A stretch of DNA of 64,000 nt from Cycas panzhihuaensis. Lineage: Eukaryota; Plantae; Cycadophyta. This document shows positions 22,310 to 36,358 of this stretch, in pieces. Under the pieces are notes generated by a model. It had not been told where the DNA came from. It saw nothing but the letters and a program-made list of their open reading frames with translations, and searched no databases. The stretch is taken from the NCBI GenBank assembly GCA_023213395.1, contig CM041465.1, forward strand, positions 231,515,741 through 231,579,740, written 5' to 3'. Positions within the stretch are counted from its first letter, which is position 1, and each line of letters opens with the position of its first letter. Both the position numbers and the translations under genes were made by a program.

Positions 22310-23545
22310 GCCATCGCAACATGCAAAAACTGGAAAATATATCAAATGGACGTCAAGAGTGCCTTCTTAAACGGGGAAATTGAAGAAGAAGTCTACGTGT
22401 CCCAGCCGGAAGGTTACATTAAAGCAGGACAAGAACATCTAGTCTGCAGGTTAAAGAAGGCTCTATACGGGTTAAAACAGGCCCCACGTGCCTGGTATGG
22501 AAAATTAGACAACTAACTTTGTAAAAATGGCTTCCAAAGATGCAGTTCTGATTCAAGCTTGTACAAGAAAAGCAAGGATGGAGCAATAACCATTATAGCA
22601 GTTTATGTCGATGACATGCTTATCATAGGAAATGATGAAACTTCTGTAGCAGAAATAAAGAAACAACTGGGAAACAAATTTGAAATGACTGATCTTGGAA
22701 TCCTAAGCTTCTACCTAGGGATTTAGATTCAACAATAGGACAATTCAATCACCTTGTGTCAAAGCAAGTACATGAAAGATCTACTAACTAAATTCAGAAT
22801 GGAAGACTGTAATCCTTGCTCTACTCCAATGGAAGTAAACTGTAATTTGACTCCAAATGAGGAAGATCACAACTTTGATGCAACCTTGTACAGGCAACTT
22901 GTCAGAAGTCTTATCTATCTCATAGCAACTAGACCTGACATCTCATATGCCGTGTGTCTAATATCTAGATACATGCATGAGCCAAAGATAAGACATTGGA
23001 ATGCCGCCAAAAGAATCTTAAGATATCTCAGGGGAACAATAGAGTTAAAACTGAACTTTCCAAGAAAAACATCACTTCAGTTAACAGGGTTTTGTGATTC
23101 AGATTGGGCAGGTGACAAAGAACAAAGAAAATCCACCAGCGACTTTTGCTTCTTTTTGGGCTACTCGCCAATCTCTTGGAGTTGTAAGAAGCAAGCCACG
23201 GTAGCATTATCTTCAACAGAAGCAGAATACAAATCAGCAGTAAGCGCTACCACTGAAGCAATTTGGCTCAGACAGTTGTTGAAAGATCTAGATATACATC
23301 AAGAGACAACAACCACTCTCTTCTGCGATAATCAGAGTGCAATCAAGCTGACCAAAAATCTAGTATTCCACGCCAGAACCAAACACATTGAAGTCCAACA
23401 TCATTTCATAAGAGAAAAAGTACAAAATAAAGAGATAGATCTTGTCTATTGTCCAACTTATGATCAGATTGCAGATATCCTGACCAAACCATTGGGGAAG
23501 GAAAAATTTCAAATATTAAGAAACAAAATAGGATTAAAAGAATAA
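22310..23545 (+). pseudogene. pol: copia RT/RNase H of B, 3' part
   Basis: [11 protein letters not shown]; [15 protein letters not shown]; VYVDDML; FCDSDWAGD; SSTEAEY; RTKHIEVQHHFIRE; QIADILTK. Confidence 0.95.
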
Positions 23546-23560
23546 AACATTAAGAGAGGA

Positions 23561-23770
23561 TGTCAGAAGATAATGTTTTATTCTAGGACATAAGTATGTA
23601 ATGTTAGGACATAAGTCCATCTTAATGAAAGGTAATTATCTGGTGGACATGTGTCATTTACAGATTAGATGGTTATTAGGCAGTTACAACCTCTCATTGT
23701 ATATATTCTACGCATTGTGCATTAGTAAAGACAATCTTCTTCCATCAATCTCTGATGTTTTCATCCAACA
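23561..23770 (+). repeat. 3' LTR of B
   Basis: After PPT TAAGAGAGGA; followed by TSD AAACA. Confidence 0.95.
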
Positions 23771-24359
23771 AAACAAAAATTTTGCTATCATTATTTGTAA
23801 AGAAAGCAGAGGTGTTTTTTTAATCTGCTTTCTTCTTTCAACATTGCTTCTCCAAATGTTCTGTCTGATCACAATACTGGCATATAATATCATGTTTTGA
23901 TTTTTGTGCATTGTTCAATGTGTTATTGTTGCCTTGTGATTATTGCTTTGTAGAATTTTTCTGTGTGATGTTAGATTTCTTTTTAAATTTTGATGGAAGC
24001 ACCATAGGACTACTATTATCACTATCACAACAACTGATTTGTTGCTTTTCATGCAACGATAATCCACCAAACTCATTAGAGGAAAGAGGTTGGGGTCAAA
24101 ATATAAACTTGTTACAAAAATATGATAGCGCTCATGTAGACTATTTAAAGTGATATTGACTAACTCTTTATCCTCTGCAATTTCTCTTACAACAACACGT
24201 TTACGTATTATCTCTCTTGGTTTTTGCAAATGAGGAGAGATAGTATCATTAATAGACATTTTACAAGAGTAAAGCAAATTTCAAAGATACAAGACTTGTT
24301 TCTCGTTCTTTTAATCAAACAATTCTTTGAGAGTTTTCCATGCATCGACTATAGAATCT

Positions 24360-24443
24360 TTACCTTGAAGATGAGTAATTAACTCATTTTCTACTGACAA
24401 GTTACCTTGAAGATGAATAATTAACTCATTTGCTACTGACAAG
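24360..24443. repeat. 42-bp tandem duplication inside D gag
   Basis: TTACCTTGAAGATGA..CTACTGACAAG twice. Confidence 0.85.
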
Positions 24444-25772
24444 CTGACGATTGCTAGTGCTCTAAGGTTCCTGTCTTCCAAGGTAGCTGCTTCAAGTTTA
24501 GCAATTGGTTCAGTATTTGGCTTGTCATCATCACCTTCAACAATTCCTTTACACCCCTACATGGCCAAAATATTGGAAATCTTAAATTTCCAAGTTACAT
24601 AGTTTTTCCCATCTAATTTCTATGATTTTGGCAAATTATAACCAGTAATATTCATAGAAGACAATGAAATTAGAAAAAAAAAGAAGAAGGAAAAAGCTTG
24701 TAAAAAAGAGATGGATGATTGCAATTATGAGTAAAAAATACTATTTAGTGATTGCAAGGTCTTTTACAAACTATAGACAGGAGTCGAGCTTTAATAAGGA
24801 CAAGAATAAGGATTTAAAGCAGATAAAGTCTTTAAAAATCAAAACTTAAGATAAGATCCTTTTACTAAAAAAAGAACATTCTAGAATATGCCAAAATGCA
24901 TAACATAAAGTTATAACACTTTGGTAAAAAACCAAATTTTTTTTATTTGAACCATGAGCGACTACCCAACGATTTTGCAACGGTGGAGATTGTTGATTCC
25001 TACTCTTGTTCTTCCACCTGTTGACTGGTTTTTGATTGCAGGTCGATTACGAAGCCTTGGGATAGATTGAAGTGAAGCCATTGGATGGATTGAAGTGAAG
25101 CCACAACGTCTCACAGGTGGACGCCATGGGATAGGTTACCATAGGAGGCGCAAGCATGACTCACATGAAAAATAGATTCACACAGGAGTGGACAGTGGGA
25201 GCTCGCCTTATTGGAGACGAGCACTTAAGATGACACAAACACTAATACTTCATGCAAGATTGCTGCCTCAACAAAGATGGTGGACAATAGAATAGAGGGA
25301 TGGAAATATACCCTTAGATGCTAACACTGCCATAGGCATCGAGAATTAAGACAACAACACGTCTAGTCACAAGAAGATGCATACAGAGCATAATGTCTAA
25401 CACAACTTACCAAGAGTAGTAAAACCTGAGAGCTCTAATGCCATTCCAGGAATAGGATTAGAACAGAACTCTCAACACTAATCACATGCACAAGAAGAAG
25501 CAAGTGATGAAAAAGTGATAATGACTTACAACTCCTACATTTCTATCGATTAAAATAGTCGAGTACAATAGAAATATATAGACTATGAATTTTCTAAAAG
25601 TAGATTGGCAATTCTAACTACTTTCTTAGTGGCTAATGAATAGCTACCTTTAACTACCTTAATTAGTGACTTCAACTACCCCCCTTAATTAATGATTCGA
25701 GCAAGAATATTCCATGTGAGTAAATATTCTAATGACATGAGAAATGAACTTAAATAAGCTTTACTTCTAACA

Positions 25773-28230
25773 CTCAATAGTGGAAGGCTCAACATTCGTG
25801 TATAAGAGCAAAGTTCACCTGGTCAGAAGGTTTTATCTTGGACTTTCTTTTACCCTTTGTCTTAGGTAACCACTTATGAGCATCCTCTATGGTTTCCAAG
25901 TACCATTGAGGTGACTTCTTTTGTGAAGATGGAGGTAGAGGCATGGGAACTTAATTTGGCTTGGGCTTAGGCTTAAGCTTTCAAAATTCGAATGATTCTA
26001 TCTCCATTGTTTCACCAATGTTAGATACAAATGGTTCAACACCATGCTTAACTAGGTCCCATGAAGAGTTGCATTTAGGTTGTTCCTCAATCTGCTCCTT
26101 AATGTTGATTAAACTCAAATTTGACTTGTCACCCTCATTAAAGATGACATCTCGAGTTGTGTGGACTTTTTTGGTCAACAGCTCGAAAAATCTATACACT
26201 TTGCTCTCCTTAAAGTATCCTACAAGGATGCATTTAGTGCTTTTGTCATCTAACTTCTGTTGTCTCTCTTTTGGGGCATGCATGCATATGATACTCCAAA
26301 AAATTCTTAAGTGACATGACTTCATATCTATCTAAGCCTCTTCAGGTGTTTTGTCTTTGATAGCCTTCATAGTGCTTTTGTTAATTAGATAAGCAACAAA
26401 TTTCACATCTTTAGCCTATAAGTAATTTACAACATTCCTACCTTTGATCATGGACTTGGTTGTTTTGACTAAGGTCTTAGTCATCCACTTAGTTATTCCA
26501 TTTTGTTGAGGTGTGTAGGTAATGGCAAATTGCCTTTTGATCCCATGATTCTTGCAGAACTAATTGAACTCATTTGAAGTGAATTTTCCATCATCATCAG
26601 TTCGTAAAATTTTGATCTTATGTCTACTTTCTTTCTTTACACTTTTCTTAAATTGTTTAAAACAAGTGAAGTCTTGAGATTTCTTCTTCAAAGGATAAAC
26701 CCAAACTTTTCATGGAAAGTTGCTAATGGAAGTGAGGAAATACTTGGCTCTTCCAAGTGATACAACTGTGTTGGTCCATAGATATTCGAGTGTACCAAGC
26801 CAAGCTTCTTTTTGGCTCTCCAAGTTCTCTTCTTGGGGAAGGGTTTTTTGTGCTATTTGCTAAAAATGTAGGGTCCACAAGCAATCTTTAGCTTTAATTT
26901 TAGGAAGACCATGTACCATTTTAAACTTGTGCATCAAATGAAGGCTAGAGTAGTTCAAATGTCTCATTCATTGATGCCAAAATCTTTGTTTCGGAGATAT
27001 AACAAGGAAGGCTCTTTGTACTTCAGAGCATCCTTGTAGTTTATACAAATTGTTATCTTTAATTCGTATAGCTACAACCTTGTTCTATCTATCTTGGACC
27101 AGTCATTATCCGGTAGAAAACATGATGCTCATGTCTTGTTGTTGAATTTCACCCATTGATACAAGATTGGCTTTCGGATTAGGTACATAAAACACATTCT
27201 CTAAGTAATATTTTTCTCCATTTGGCATCTTTATGGGTACATTTTGAATTCCAACTACCTCTAGATATCACCAATGGCTACTTTCTGGTTGACTTCCCAT
27301 ATCTCTCTTACCCATTCTAGCTGGTCGTTCATGTGTTTAGATGTCCCAGAATCAGTAAAGCAGACATCGTGTGCATTAGATTGCATTTTGAATGCAACCA
27401 TGAAGAGTTTCTTCCCTATCTTAATAGATGCATTCGTAATTGCATGTGAAATGTGTCTTCTTTGACCAATAGGATGCTACTACTACTGTCATTGAGGTTG
27501 TCACTATGACTACTGTTGTTGACGTTGTTGTTGCTGCAATTCCCAACAATCTTTCTTTATGTGCCCTAGCTTGCTATAATGAAAACACTTCAGTTTGTAC
27601 TATCCCTCTGAATTTGTAGGTTTTTCCTTTTGAACATTGTATTCAGAGGAAGTGTTTCTCTTAGGAATAATTAGTCTCTCCCTTTGTTCTTGCTACCAAT
27701 GCTTTAGACAACTCCTTGTTTAAGTCTAATTTTTGCTCATGCTGAAGCAATAGCAATTCCAAGGAACTAAATGCCATAATGGATAGTTTGTCTGCTAGTG
27801 TCAAGTTGGTGGTGAAGTTCTCATATGTAGTGGGTAGACTCCTCAAAATGCAAGCTATTATCTTTGATTTTCGTACGATCTCTCTCATAGTGATCAACTG
27901 ATCTAGAATGTATTTAACATGTTGCAAAGGGACCATCATTGATCTTGCAAGCTTCAAATAATACAATTGATTTCTTAGCTCTAGGGCTTTCTCATGATCA
28001 TTGTGTTCAAACAAGTTAGTGATAGTATCCTAGATTTGTTTACGGGTAGTGGCTCCTTTGATGTTTACAATGAGGCTACCGCTAATAGACACACTCAAAA
28101 AACCAAAAGTGATTCTTGTTTTTGTTTTGTGCTTAGCTCTAAAGTTTGCATTACCTTTTAGTTTAGTTGTGAAAGCATTGGTTTTTGTAGTTGTTTTACC
28201 TATCTCCATACTTCTATAAATCATTTAAAA
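25773..28230 (-). mobile_element. Old Ty1/copia remnant F (gag to integrase), interrupted by D
   Basis: KLDDKSTKCILVGY..TTRDVIFNE; ILRTDDDGKFTSNEF; FTDSGTSKHMN; gag ILRSLPTTYENF; heavily degraded, LTRs not found. Confidence 0.75.
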
Positions 28231-29102
28231 TGATGAAGCTAAACATTTTATGTTCCCATACAACATTATTATTAGAATTGACTAATGTTTTAGTAACGAA
28301 TCCCATTATACCACCCCCACTTGCCATTGCAAAAAAAACAAAGTGTTCTATCAGGTCAGAGCTTGACTTGTGGTTTGAATCTAGCTGAAGATTATTTTCT
28401 TGTTTCCATAACCCCTAAAAATAACCAAAAAAGAAAAGGCAAAAAACCAATAAAAATATGATGAAATTACTATCCAATGTTTTTAGCCTACATGTAGGTA
28501 GCAGGAATTTGCCTACTCACTTACTTAGTCTATTCACAGGTAGTCAAAATCAACTCAAAAAGTTAAAGTTTGCAAATTTTTTCAAAAAGTAATATATAAG
28601 TTGTGCATGTAGCCATTGTACAATGAGAGAGCTAAAAAAGAATATGTAGTGATGTGTCTTTTGTTTTTCAAAAATAGTTGTGGGATAAGCCTTAAAAGAC
28701 CTTAACCTCTTTCATTCCATGTGGCCTAGGGGATGACTATCAAGAGGGTTAAACTATTAGACTTCTAAATTTATTAAAATTGGTTTAATACATCAAAACA
28801 TTAGGAACTAAAAAATAAAATATGACCTAAGTTTAGAATGTGAATATTCCAAAGGAATCTATGGTTGTGTTACTAGTTTTGCCTTTTTCTTTTTTTGTTT
28901 TCTTTTATTTTCTTTTGTTTAATTTTAGGGCGATTTTCTTATTGATTCCTTGTCAGATCTACATGGCGTTTTTACATTTTAGCATGTCTAGGGTGTTGCA
29001 TATCATTTGCGGTTTGGTTTGGTGTTTGCGTGCTACTTCAAACCTTCAGTGTTTGTATTCGATTACTGGCATTTGTTTGTGTGTTGCTTCTGCTTTCAAA
29101 CG

Positions 29103-32100
29103 TGTTAAAACAAGTGTAACTCTGATGTATTAAGAGTGCTTTGCTTGATCTTCATGTGGAGACTTTGTCTCTATAAATACAAATTGGTTCTAAGACCGTT
29201 ACAAAGAGAGAAAAGCAACTGACAGTCCAGGAGATGACAAGTGTCATATTCTGTGATGTTGGTTACTATACAAGGTTGTGCACATTTCCCCTTTAATATC
29301 CTAGAGATAACACATTACATTCTAACACCCTCTCTTAATGTGTTATCTTTTTCAGTCCCAGTTTATCTCTTAAGTACTAGAATCTCTCTTTTCCTAGCGG
29401 CTTTGTTATTAGATCTGCTACTTGTTCTGTAGTGGGACAATATTCAAGCTTTATTTCTTTGTTATGAACTTTTACCCTTATGAAGTGATGATGCACTTCT
29501 ATATGTTTCGTCCTGGCATGTAGGATTGGATTTTTTGTAAGCTTGATGTCACTTTGATTGTCACAGTACAGAGTTGTTGCTTGTCCTTACTGTTGCTCTA
29601 TTTCAGATAGGAGTTGACGTAACCAAATAGCTTCACAGGTTGTTGTTAGAACTGCCTTATATTCAGCTTCAGTTGATGATAATGAATTGTAGATTGTTTC
29701 TTACTACTCCATGAGATTGCAACGGTTCCTAAGAAAAAACAGTATCCACTTGTGGATTTTCTTTGTTCCTTGTCCCCTGCCCAGTCATAGTCACAAAACC
29801 CGGTTAGGATTGCTGAACCTGTTGAGTAGATTAGACTCAAATCTTTTGTCCCTTGTAAGTATTGTAATATTCTTCGAGCTGCTTTCCAATGCCTTATTTT
29901 AAGTTCCTGCGTGTATCTAGATATCATTCCGATTGAGTATGATATATTTGATTGAGTGGCTGTGAGATATATCAGACTCCCAACCAATTGTCTATACAAT
30001 GTGGCATTTGCTGCTTGTTCTTCTTTGGCTGCTACTAGATCACAATTGACTTCCATTGGAGTTGCACACGGATTGTAATCTGCCATCTAAAATATTACTA
30101 GCATATCTCTTATGTATTTCCTTTGTGAAATTGAGATATAGTTTTGTTCTTGAGTTACCTCTAGTCCTAAATAATAATTTAAGAGACCCAGATCTGCCAT
30201 TTCAAACTTCTTCCGAAGTTATTCTTTTATATTTCTGATTGATTCTCCTTCATTCCCAGTAAGGATCATGTCATCTACATAGACAACAATTACTGTAGTG
30301 ACCCATTCCTTTTCCTTGTATACAAACTTGAATCTGAATCACTCCTTTAAAACCTATTTGACATAGGTGTTGATCCAATTTCGCATACCAAGCTCGAGGA
30401 GCTTGCTTTAGCCCGTATAATGCCTTCTTTAGTTTACATACCAGATGTTCTTGTCCTTCTTTTATGTATCCTTTTGGTTGTGTCATATAAACATCCTCTT
30501 CAAGGTCTCCATTCAAAAAGGCACTTTTTACATCAAGTTGAAAGATTTTCCATTTAGTTATAGTTGCTAAGGCAATAATGGTCCTTATCGTATTCATTTT
30601 GGCAACTGGTGAGAAAGTTTCTTCAAAGTCCACGCCAACTGTTTGGGTGTACCCTTTTGCTACAAGTTGGGCCTTGTATTTCTCGACTTCACCATTTGCT
30701 CCTTCCTTGATTTTGTAGATCCACTTGCAATTGAATGTGGGCTTGTTTGGAGGCAAATTTACTAACTCCCATGTTTGATTTTTGTCTATTGAGCCCATTT
30801 CTGAGTCCATTGCTAATCTCCATTCTGACTGATGTTTGGCTTCTTGAAAAGACTGTGACTCTATTCTGCTTAAGAGTGCCTTTGGTTTTCGACTTCTAGT
30901 TTTGTGCTCAAATATTTCTCCTTTTCCTTCTTCAATTGTTCTGATGACCCATTTCAGTAATTTCTTTTCCTTTCTTTTGAGTTCTATCCCTTCTTCTGAT
31001 TGGCTTGCAAATTTGTTTTCTCCCTCATCCGTGTGAGAAATTGGTATTTCTGACATAGTTTCTTCGATGGTATACGGAGCTTCTTCTGGAGTGTCCTCAA
31101 GTTTTTTCTTCTTGGTTTCTGCTTCGATTATTTGAATCTGGGACTGAGTCCTTTGATTATCTTCTTCATTGAAGACAACATCTCTGCTTACATAGATCTT
31201 ATTTGTTTTGAGATCTATGCATTTATAAGCCTTTGAATTTTTTCTATATCCTATCATAATGCATTCTATACTTTTTGCATCAAGTTTTGATCTTTTTTTA
31301 TCAGGCACATGAACAAAGGCTTGGCTACCAAAGATTTTAAGAGCATTGACATTGGGTTTTTTAACTTACCATGCTTCTTCAGGAGTGATGTCTTCCAATG
31401 CTTTCGTTGGACTGCGATTTATCAGATAGCAGGCGGTGTTAATGGCTTCAGCCAAATATGATTTTGGAAGTTGTTTTCCATGGATCATGCTGCGTGCCAT
31501 CTCCATTAGAGTTCTGTTCTTCCTTTCTACAACTCCATTGGATTTAGGAGTGTAGGGAGTTGTAAATTGTTTGCGTATCCAATTCTGTTGCCAAAACTTC
31601 AAGAATTCATTTGCTATGTATTCACCACCCCCATCTGACCTGATGCATTTAATCTTTGATTCTGATTCCAATTCTACTTCTGCTTTAAATTGTTGAAAAA
31701 TTTCAAGTACCTCTGACTTATTATGAAGAAAGTAAACTCATATCTTTCGTGTGCAATCATCAATGAAGGTGAGAAAACATCTACAACCATTAATCGACAG
31801 TGGTGTAAGTGGAGCACAAAGATCTGTATGGATTAATTCTAATCTGGATTGAGCTCGCCATTCACTTTCTTTGAAGGGAGGTCGTTGTTTTCCAAATTGA
31901 CAACCATTGCAGAAAAACTCATTAGATGTGAAGTGAGGCAAACCGTTCACAATTTTCAATTTTTCCATCAACTTTAGAGTGTTCATTGGAAGATGCCCAT
32001 ACTTCAAATGCCACATTTTATTATCAGATTCGATAGATTACAAACTTTCATGTTTGGAGATACAGGATCTATAATGAGTTTGTACAAGTCATCACTTCTT

Positions 32101-34297
32101 ACTCCTTGGCTATTGGGTTCCCATTGTTTTTCATATCTAAAATATGACAAGAACCTTTTTCATCAAACACTATTCGAAGGTTCTTTTTACTTAGTTGAGA
32201 TAATGACAATAGATTCATTTTCAAATCGGGAACTAGTAACACATTTCCAATTTTTTTCACATTTCCCTGTAGGTTGATTGCAATGGTACCTACCCAGTTT
32301 ATTGTAAGTGGGTACTTGTCTCCTAACTCAACTGATCTGTCGAAACTGTATGGTGTCAATGTTTCAAGCCAATCTTCATGATTGGTCATGTGTCTTGATG
32401 CTCCAGAGTTTATGTACCACGTGTCTTCTTCTTTGAATCCTCCTAACAGCACTGCTATGAAGGTTGTTTCTTCTTCTTCTTCTTCAGTTTTTTCTTTGCT
32501 ATAATTACCAATGGGTCGCTTCCCTCTATGTATGTCTGCCCTCTTTTGTGGACATTGATATGGTTAATGTCCTGATTGACCACAATGACAACATATGTCT
32601 AAGGCTCTGTATGTATTGTCAAAGTGTCTAGGCTTACCACATTTATAGCAGAATCTATTGTCTTTGATACGTCCATGACCTCTAGAGTCCTATCACCGAC
32701 CACGAATTGGGCTTCTGGATTTTGATGTACGTTCCCTTCCTTGCATTTGATTTCGTCCACGAGATCCAAGAGAGAGTCTTGAGGCGAATGCTTCCTCCAG
32801 TTCTGATGACTCTTCATATTGTCTATTCCTTTGTTCTTGTCTTAGCAACAAACCAATTACATCATCAAGTGTCATAGAGTCAATTTGATTATTATTTGTT
32901 ATGGAGTTGATGGTAACATCAAATGACTTTGGCAATTTGCTAGCCACTATTTCAACCAAGGCTTTTTCTGTAATATCATCTCCTGCACTTAAGAGGTTAT
33001 TTCTGAGAGAAATGACTTTGTGCATAAACTCAGTTATTGTATCACTTTCCTTCATATGTAACTTGTATAACTCTTCCTTTAGAGTTATTGTCTTGGCTTT
33101 ATTTTTTTGCCCAAAAAGATTTTGGAAATATGACCAAATTGCTAATGTAGAACTTAACCTTTCTACATAAACAAGAAGTGGATCAGAAATTGAGAGCTTC
33201 AAGGTGATTACTCTTAAATTGTCCCTTTCCAGCCAGTCAACTAACTTAGAGCTTGTGTCAATAGGTTTGGTTTCGGATCCATCTGCGATTTTCCAGGCAT
33301 TTTTAGCCCTCAAGAGAATTTCTCCCTTTATTTTCCATACATGGTAGTTAGTCTTAGTAAGCTTGTCTTGATCAAGGAGCCCTAGGATTGAAGATGCCAT
33401 GAGAACTAGATTTGAAAGTATTAAATCTTGCTTATGCATCTTGGTTATGCAATTCATTACAAAATTGAAGTTGTGCAGATCAGAACAAAAGTGGTCTCAA
33501 AAGGAAGCTCTGTCTGTGAGGAGTTCAGATCTAAGATTATTTTTGTGAGATTTAACTAAATTTGTGAGAAATCAGCCTTGAAAATCAAATTTGGGCGACT
33601 AGGGTTTTAGAGAAAAACAAAAAATCTCTTCAAAACTGAGACGAATCCTTTCATAAATGGATTTAAACCCTTGAATCTGGTCTGCGAAGAGTTTCTGAGG
33701 TATTTATGCCCAGGTTATGAAGCAAATCGAAGAGAAAACGTGAGTTCGAGCTCCCAATCCTCCACAGTTGTTCTACTAGCTGAATTTGGGTCAAAACGGC
33801 TCTTGATGACTTCGACTTAGTTGAGAAAAATCTTCTTCATGCAGAGACGCATTGGCTGGTGAAATTTCAACTCATTCCAAGTAACTTGAAAAACCGACTC
33901 CGTACAGGTCCGTACAATTCCGTACGGAAAGATTTTCACAGACAGATTGCCTTCTTTAGCTTCAAAACATTACTTGACCTTTAAGTCTTTAATATTCTGC
34001 CTCAGTTTACTCAAACCTAATCACAGCTCTCAAAGTGTTAAACAGGTATCGAGCGGACTGCTCACGATACCATGTTAAAACAAGTGTAACTCTGATGTAT
34101 TTAGAATGCTTTGCTTGAACTTCATGTGGAGACTTTGTTTCTATAAATACAAATTGGTTCTAAGACCGTTACAAAGAGAGAAAAGCAGTCGACAGTCTAG
34201 GAGATGACAAGTGTCATATTCTGTGATGTCGGTTACTATACGAGGGTGTGCATATTACCCCTTTAATATCCTAGAGATAACACATTACATTCTAGCA
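29103..34297 (-). mobile_element. Ty1/copia element G (B/L lineage), full length, degenerate
   Basis: LTRs 29103-29327 / 34073-34297 (~14 differences in 225 bp); PBS TGGTATCGTGAGC; PPT TAAGAGAGGG; imperfect TSD AAACG/AAACC. Confidence 0.93.
29345..33400 (-). pseudogene. gag-pol: gag-pol of G
   Basis: MASSILGLLDQDKLTKTNYHVWKIK; WYINSGASRHMT; ELIHTDLC; RSDGGGEY; [11 protein letters not shown]; FCDYDWAGD. Confidence 0.93.
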
Positions 34298-34971
34298 AAA
34301 CCAACATACAAGCTTTGCAATGTCATTCAATATGCTCTTGGCCTCTATGGCTCTGCGTTGATCTCCAAGTTTAATGTATTTCAAGCTTCGACTTCTCAAT
34401 TGGTTTGCTCGTCCTTGCAACATTCAAGGGCATTTACTAATGGCATTCCCATGATGATATTGAGGTAAATGCCGCCGTAGATTACATGTTACTCCTGTTT
34501 TGTTGACCATCTTTGCAAGTATACCTTTAGTGTCTTGTCATTCGCTATGCCCTCAAAAGGCTATGACATGCTGCCCACCAATCCACCCCTAGGAGCTTGA
34601 TAGTTACACTCTCCCACTTGCTCATGAACGAGCTTCATAAAAACCATCTTTTAGTATTTAGAACCTGCAAACTCACAACTATTTACATGTCTCTACAATG
34701 GGCTATCCTTCACTAATATGTAATCTCCTTCACATGCTGTTAATGAGTCCTAAACAAGGCACAACCTGCAAATGGGTTTTGAACCTCAACTGGTGTCTCC
34801 ACATAGGTTCCCATGCCCTTGCATGCCTTGGTCTATAGAGCATGTGAAACCCCTGAACTTCCAATAAGAGTTTCAAAAATCTAAACACAAAAAGATTAAT
34901 TTTGAGCTCTAAAAGTTGAAACCCTACACTATCACATTTACCTAACCTTGTTCACAATTAAACACAACCTT

Positions 34972-35297
34972 GCTCTGATGCCATGACAACATGTTGAGTA
35001 GGATCTAACTGAGGAAGATAGTGACAAGTACCCTTAGAAAATTTGTTTCACAGGCATTTTTTGTATTCATCTTAATCTCATTCTTAATTACAGCACAACT
35101 AATGTGGATATTAACACTACAACAAACGTACCTTACATCCAAACTTGAAGTGACTTGTGTTGAATGATTAACCCCCATGACTCATCATTCAAACACCCTA
35201 ATAAAGAATTACTAATAATACAACATGTAAAGGGGGAGGCTAATAACATAAAAGTTAGAAGCCTAGTCAAATGCATAAACATGAAATACTTCTAACA
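34972..35297 (-). repeat. LTR-like segment H with adjacent iMet-type PBS
   Basis: Minus strand TGTTAGAAG...TGTCA followed by TGGCATCAGAGC (34972-34983); no partner LTR found. Confidence 0.5.
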
Positions 35298-35924
35298 AGG
35301 TGAAAAATCAAGAGTCATCCCTTGAAAGTCTTATAAACACCTCTTTCATAAGTCATGAATTTCCTTACTAGACATAGTTTCTTTTACACACTTGAGTTCA
35401 ATGTTATAATAGTAATACATGATCCCACTTGGGGTTGTAATAAAAACGCATGAACTTTGGGTGTGTTATAAAGGCTAGTTGATTAAATGAGAAAAAACAA
35501 TGCAAAGCCCTAAACAAATTACTATCCTTGTAATTAAGAGGATGGATGAATGGAAACCTTGAAAAACATCTTGAAGAACAATTGACCTACAAGTTTAGCC
35601 TTGTAGAGAATAGACTAAGGGCAAAAGGAAATGAAATGACCTAATGTCACACGGTGAGGAATTCCTAGTTGACTTGAAGAAAGGCCAAGAACTAACCAGT
35701 TTTCAAGATGAGGTTAGTTAATTGTTGTATATATTTACGAAAAATCATAAAAATCAAAATATGGAAAAATAATACTAAAAAAGTGAAAAAATAACAAAAA
35801 CTAAATGTTGTAAAATCATAATCCATTAATATAAGGAGAGAAGTGGCAATGCTAGATTTAGTAAAATGATTGATGTATTAAAAATTGAGGAATATTGATT
35901 AAAAATTGATCATAAACCAAGCAT

Positions 35925-36358
35925 TGTGAAGAAACACGAAACAAACATCAATAGGATCTTGATCATGCACAATAAGCATTCAAAGAACAATACATAGGAA
36001 TTTATGTGGAAAACCCTTACAAGAGAAAACCCATTGTAGAACATGATATATTTTATTACATTGGAAACACTTCTTAATTTCATGACTTGTTAGGATCACT
36101 TGACTTTGATGGTTAGGCCTGTGAGGGCCTGATGCATCCTTGATACACTTCATTTGATATTAATAACCAATATGGGGTTTGTATTTATAACCCCAAATGG
36201 TATGTCGAGCTAATAACTATGACTCATCATCGTGTCTCATGTCTCTTTCATACTCACATCTCTTTGCATCTCCTGGCTAAACTACACGAGGGATTACACT
36301 AAAACGAAGTTAGCCTTAACTGAGTTCACAAACACCCCTGTAGATCCAATTTGACACA
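35925..36358 (-). repeat. LTR-like segment related to the K LTR (solo LTR or 3' LTR of J)
   Basis: Shares CACAATAAGCA and TACATAGG..TGG.AAAC..AAAACCCA blocks with 53778-54127; no convincing TSD. Confidence 0.4.

Larger units (their letters stand above)
8091..23770 (+). mobile_element. Ty1/copia LTR retrotransposon B (short LTRs), carrying nested gypsy C
   Basis: LTR pair 8091-8316 / 23561-23770 (TG..CA); TSD AAACA; PBS TGGTATCAGAGC; PPT TAAGAGAGGA; gag-PR-INT-RT-RH order. Confidence 0.95.
6703..25772 (-). mobile_element. Old Ty1/copia element D, split by B (8091-23770) and interrupted on the left by A
   Basis: Minus strand: integrase C-terminal KSKKCTLVGYS..KAYRLW..IILSRD (~6850-6960), protease WYINSSVSKHI (~8020-8060), gag KLDGKNYVTWKFKI (~24580-24620), PBS-like TGGCATTAGAGC (~25432-25444), LTR-like 25445-25772. 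Confidence 0.7.

Noticed and set aside
28230-29102. Possible host promoter/exon or DNA-transposon end
   Set aside because: No supportable ORF, splice structure or terminal repeats visible
34300-34970. Possible BED-finger/hAT fragment (NLRRHL on minus strand)
   Set aside because: Isolated hexapeptide without the Cys pair, transposase context or TIRs; region left unassigned
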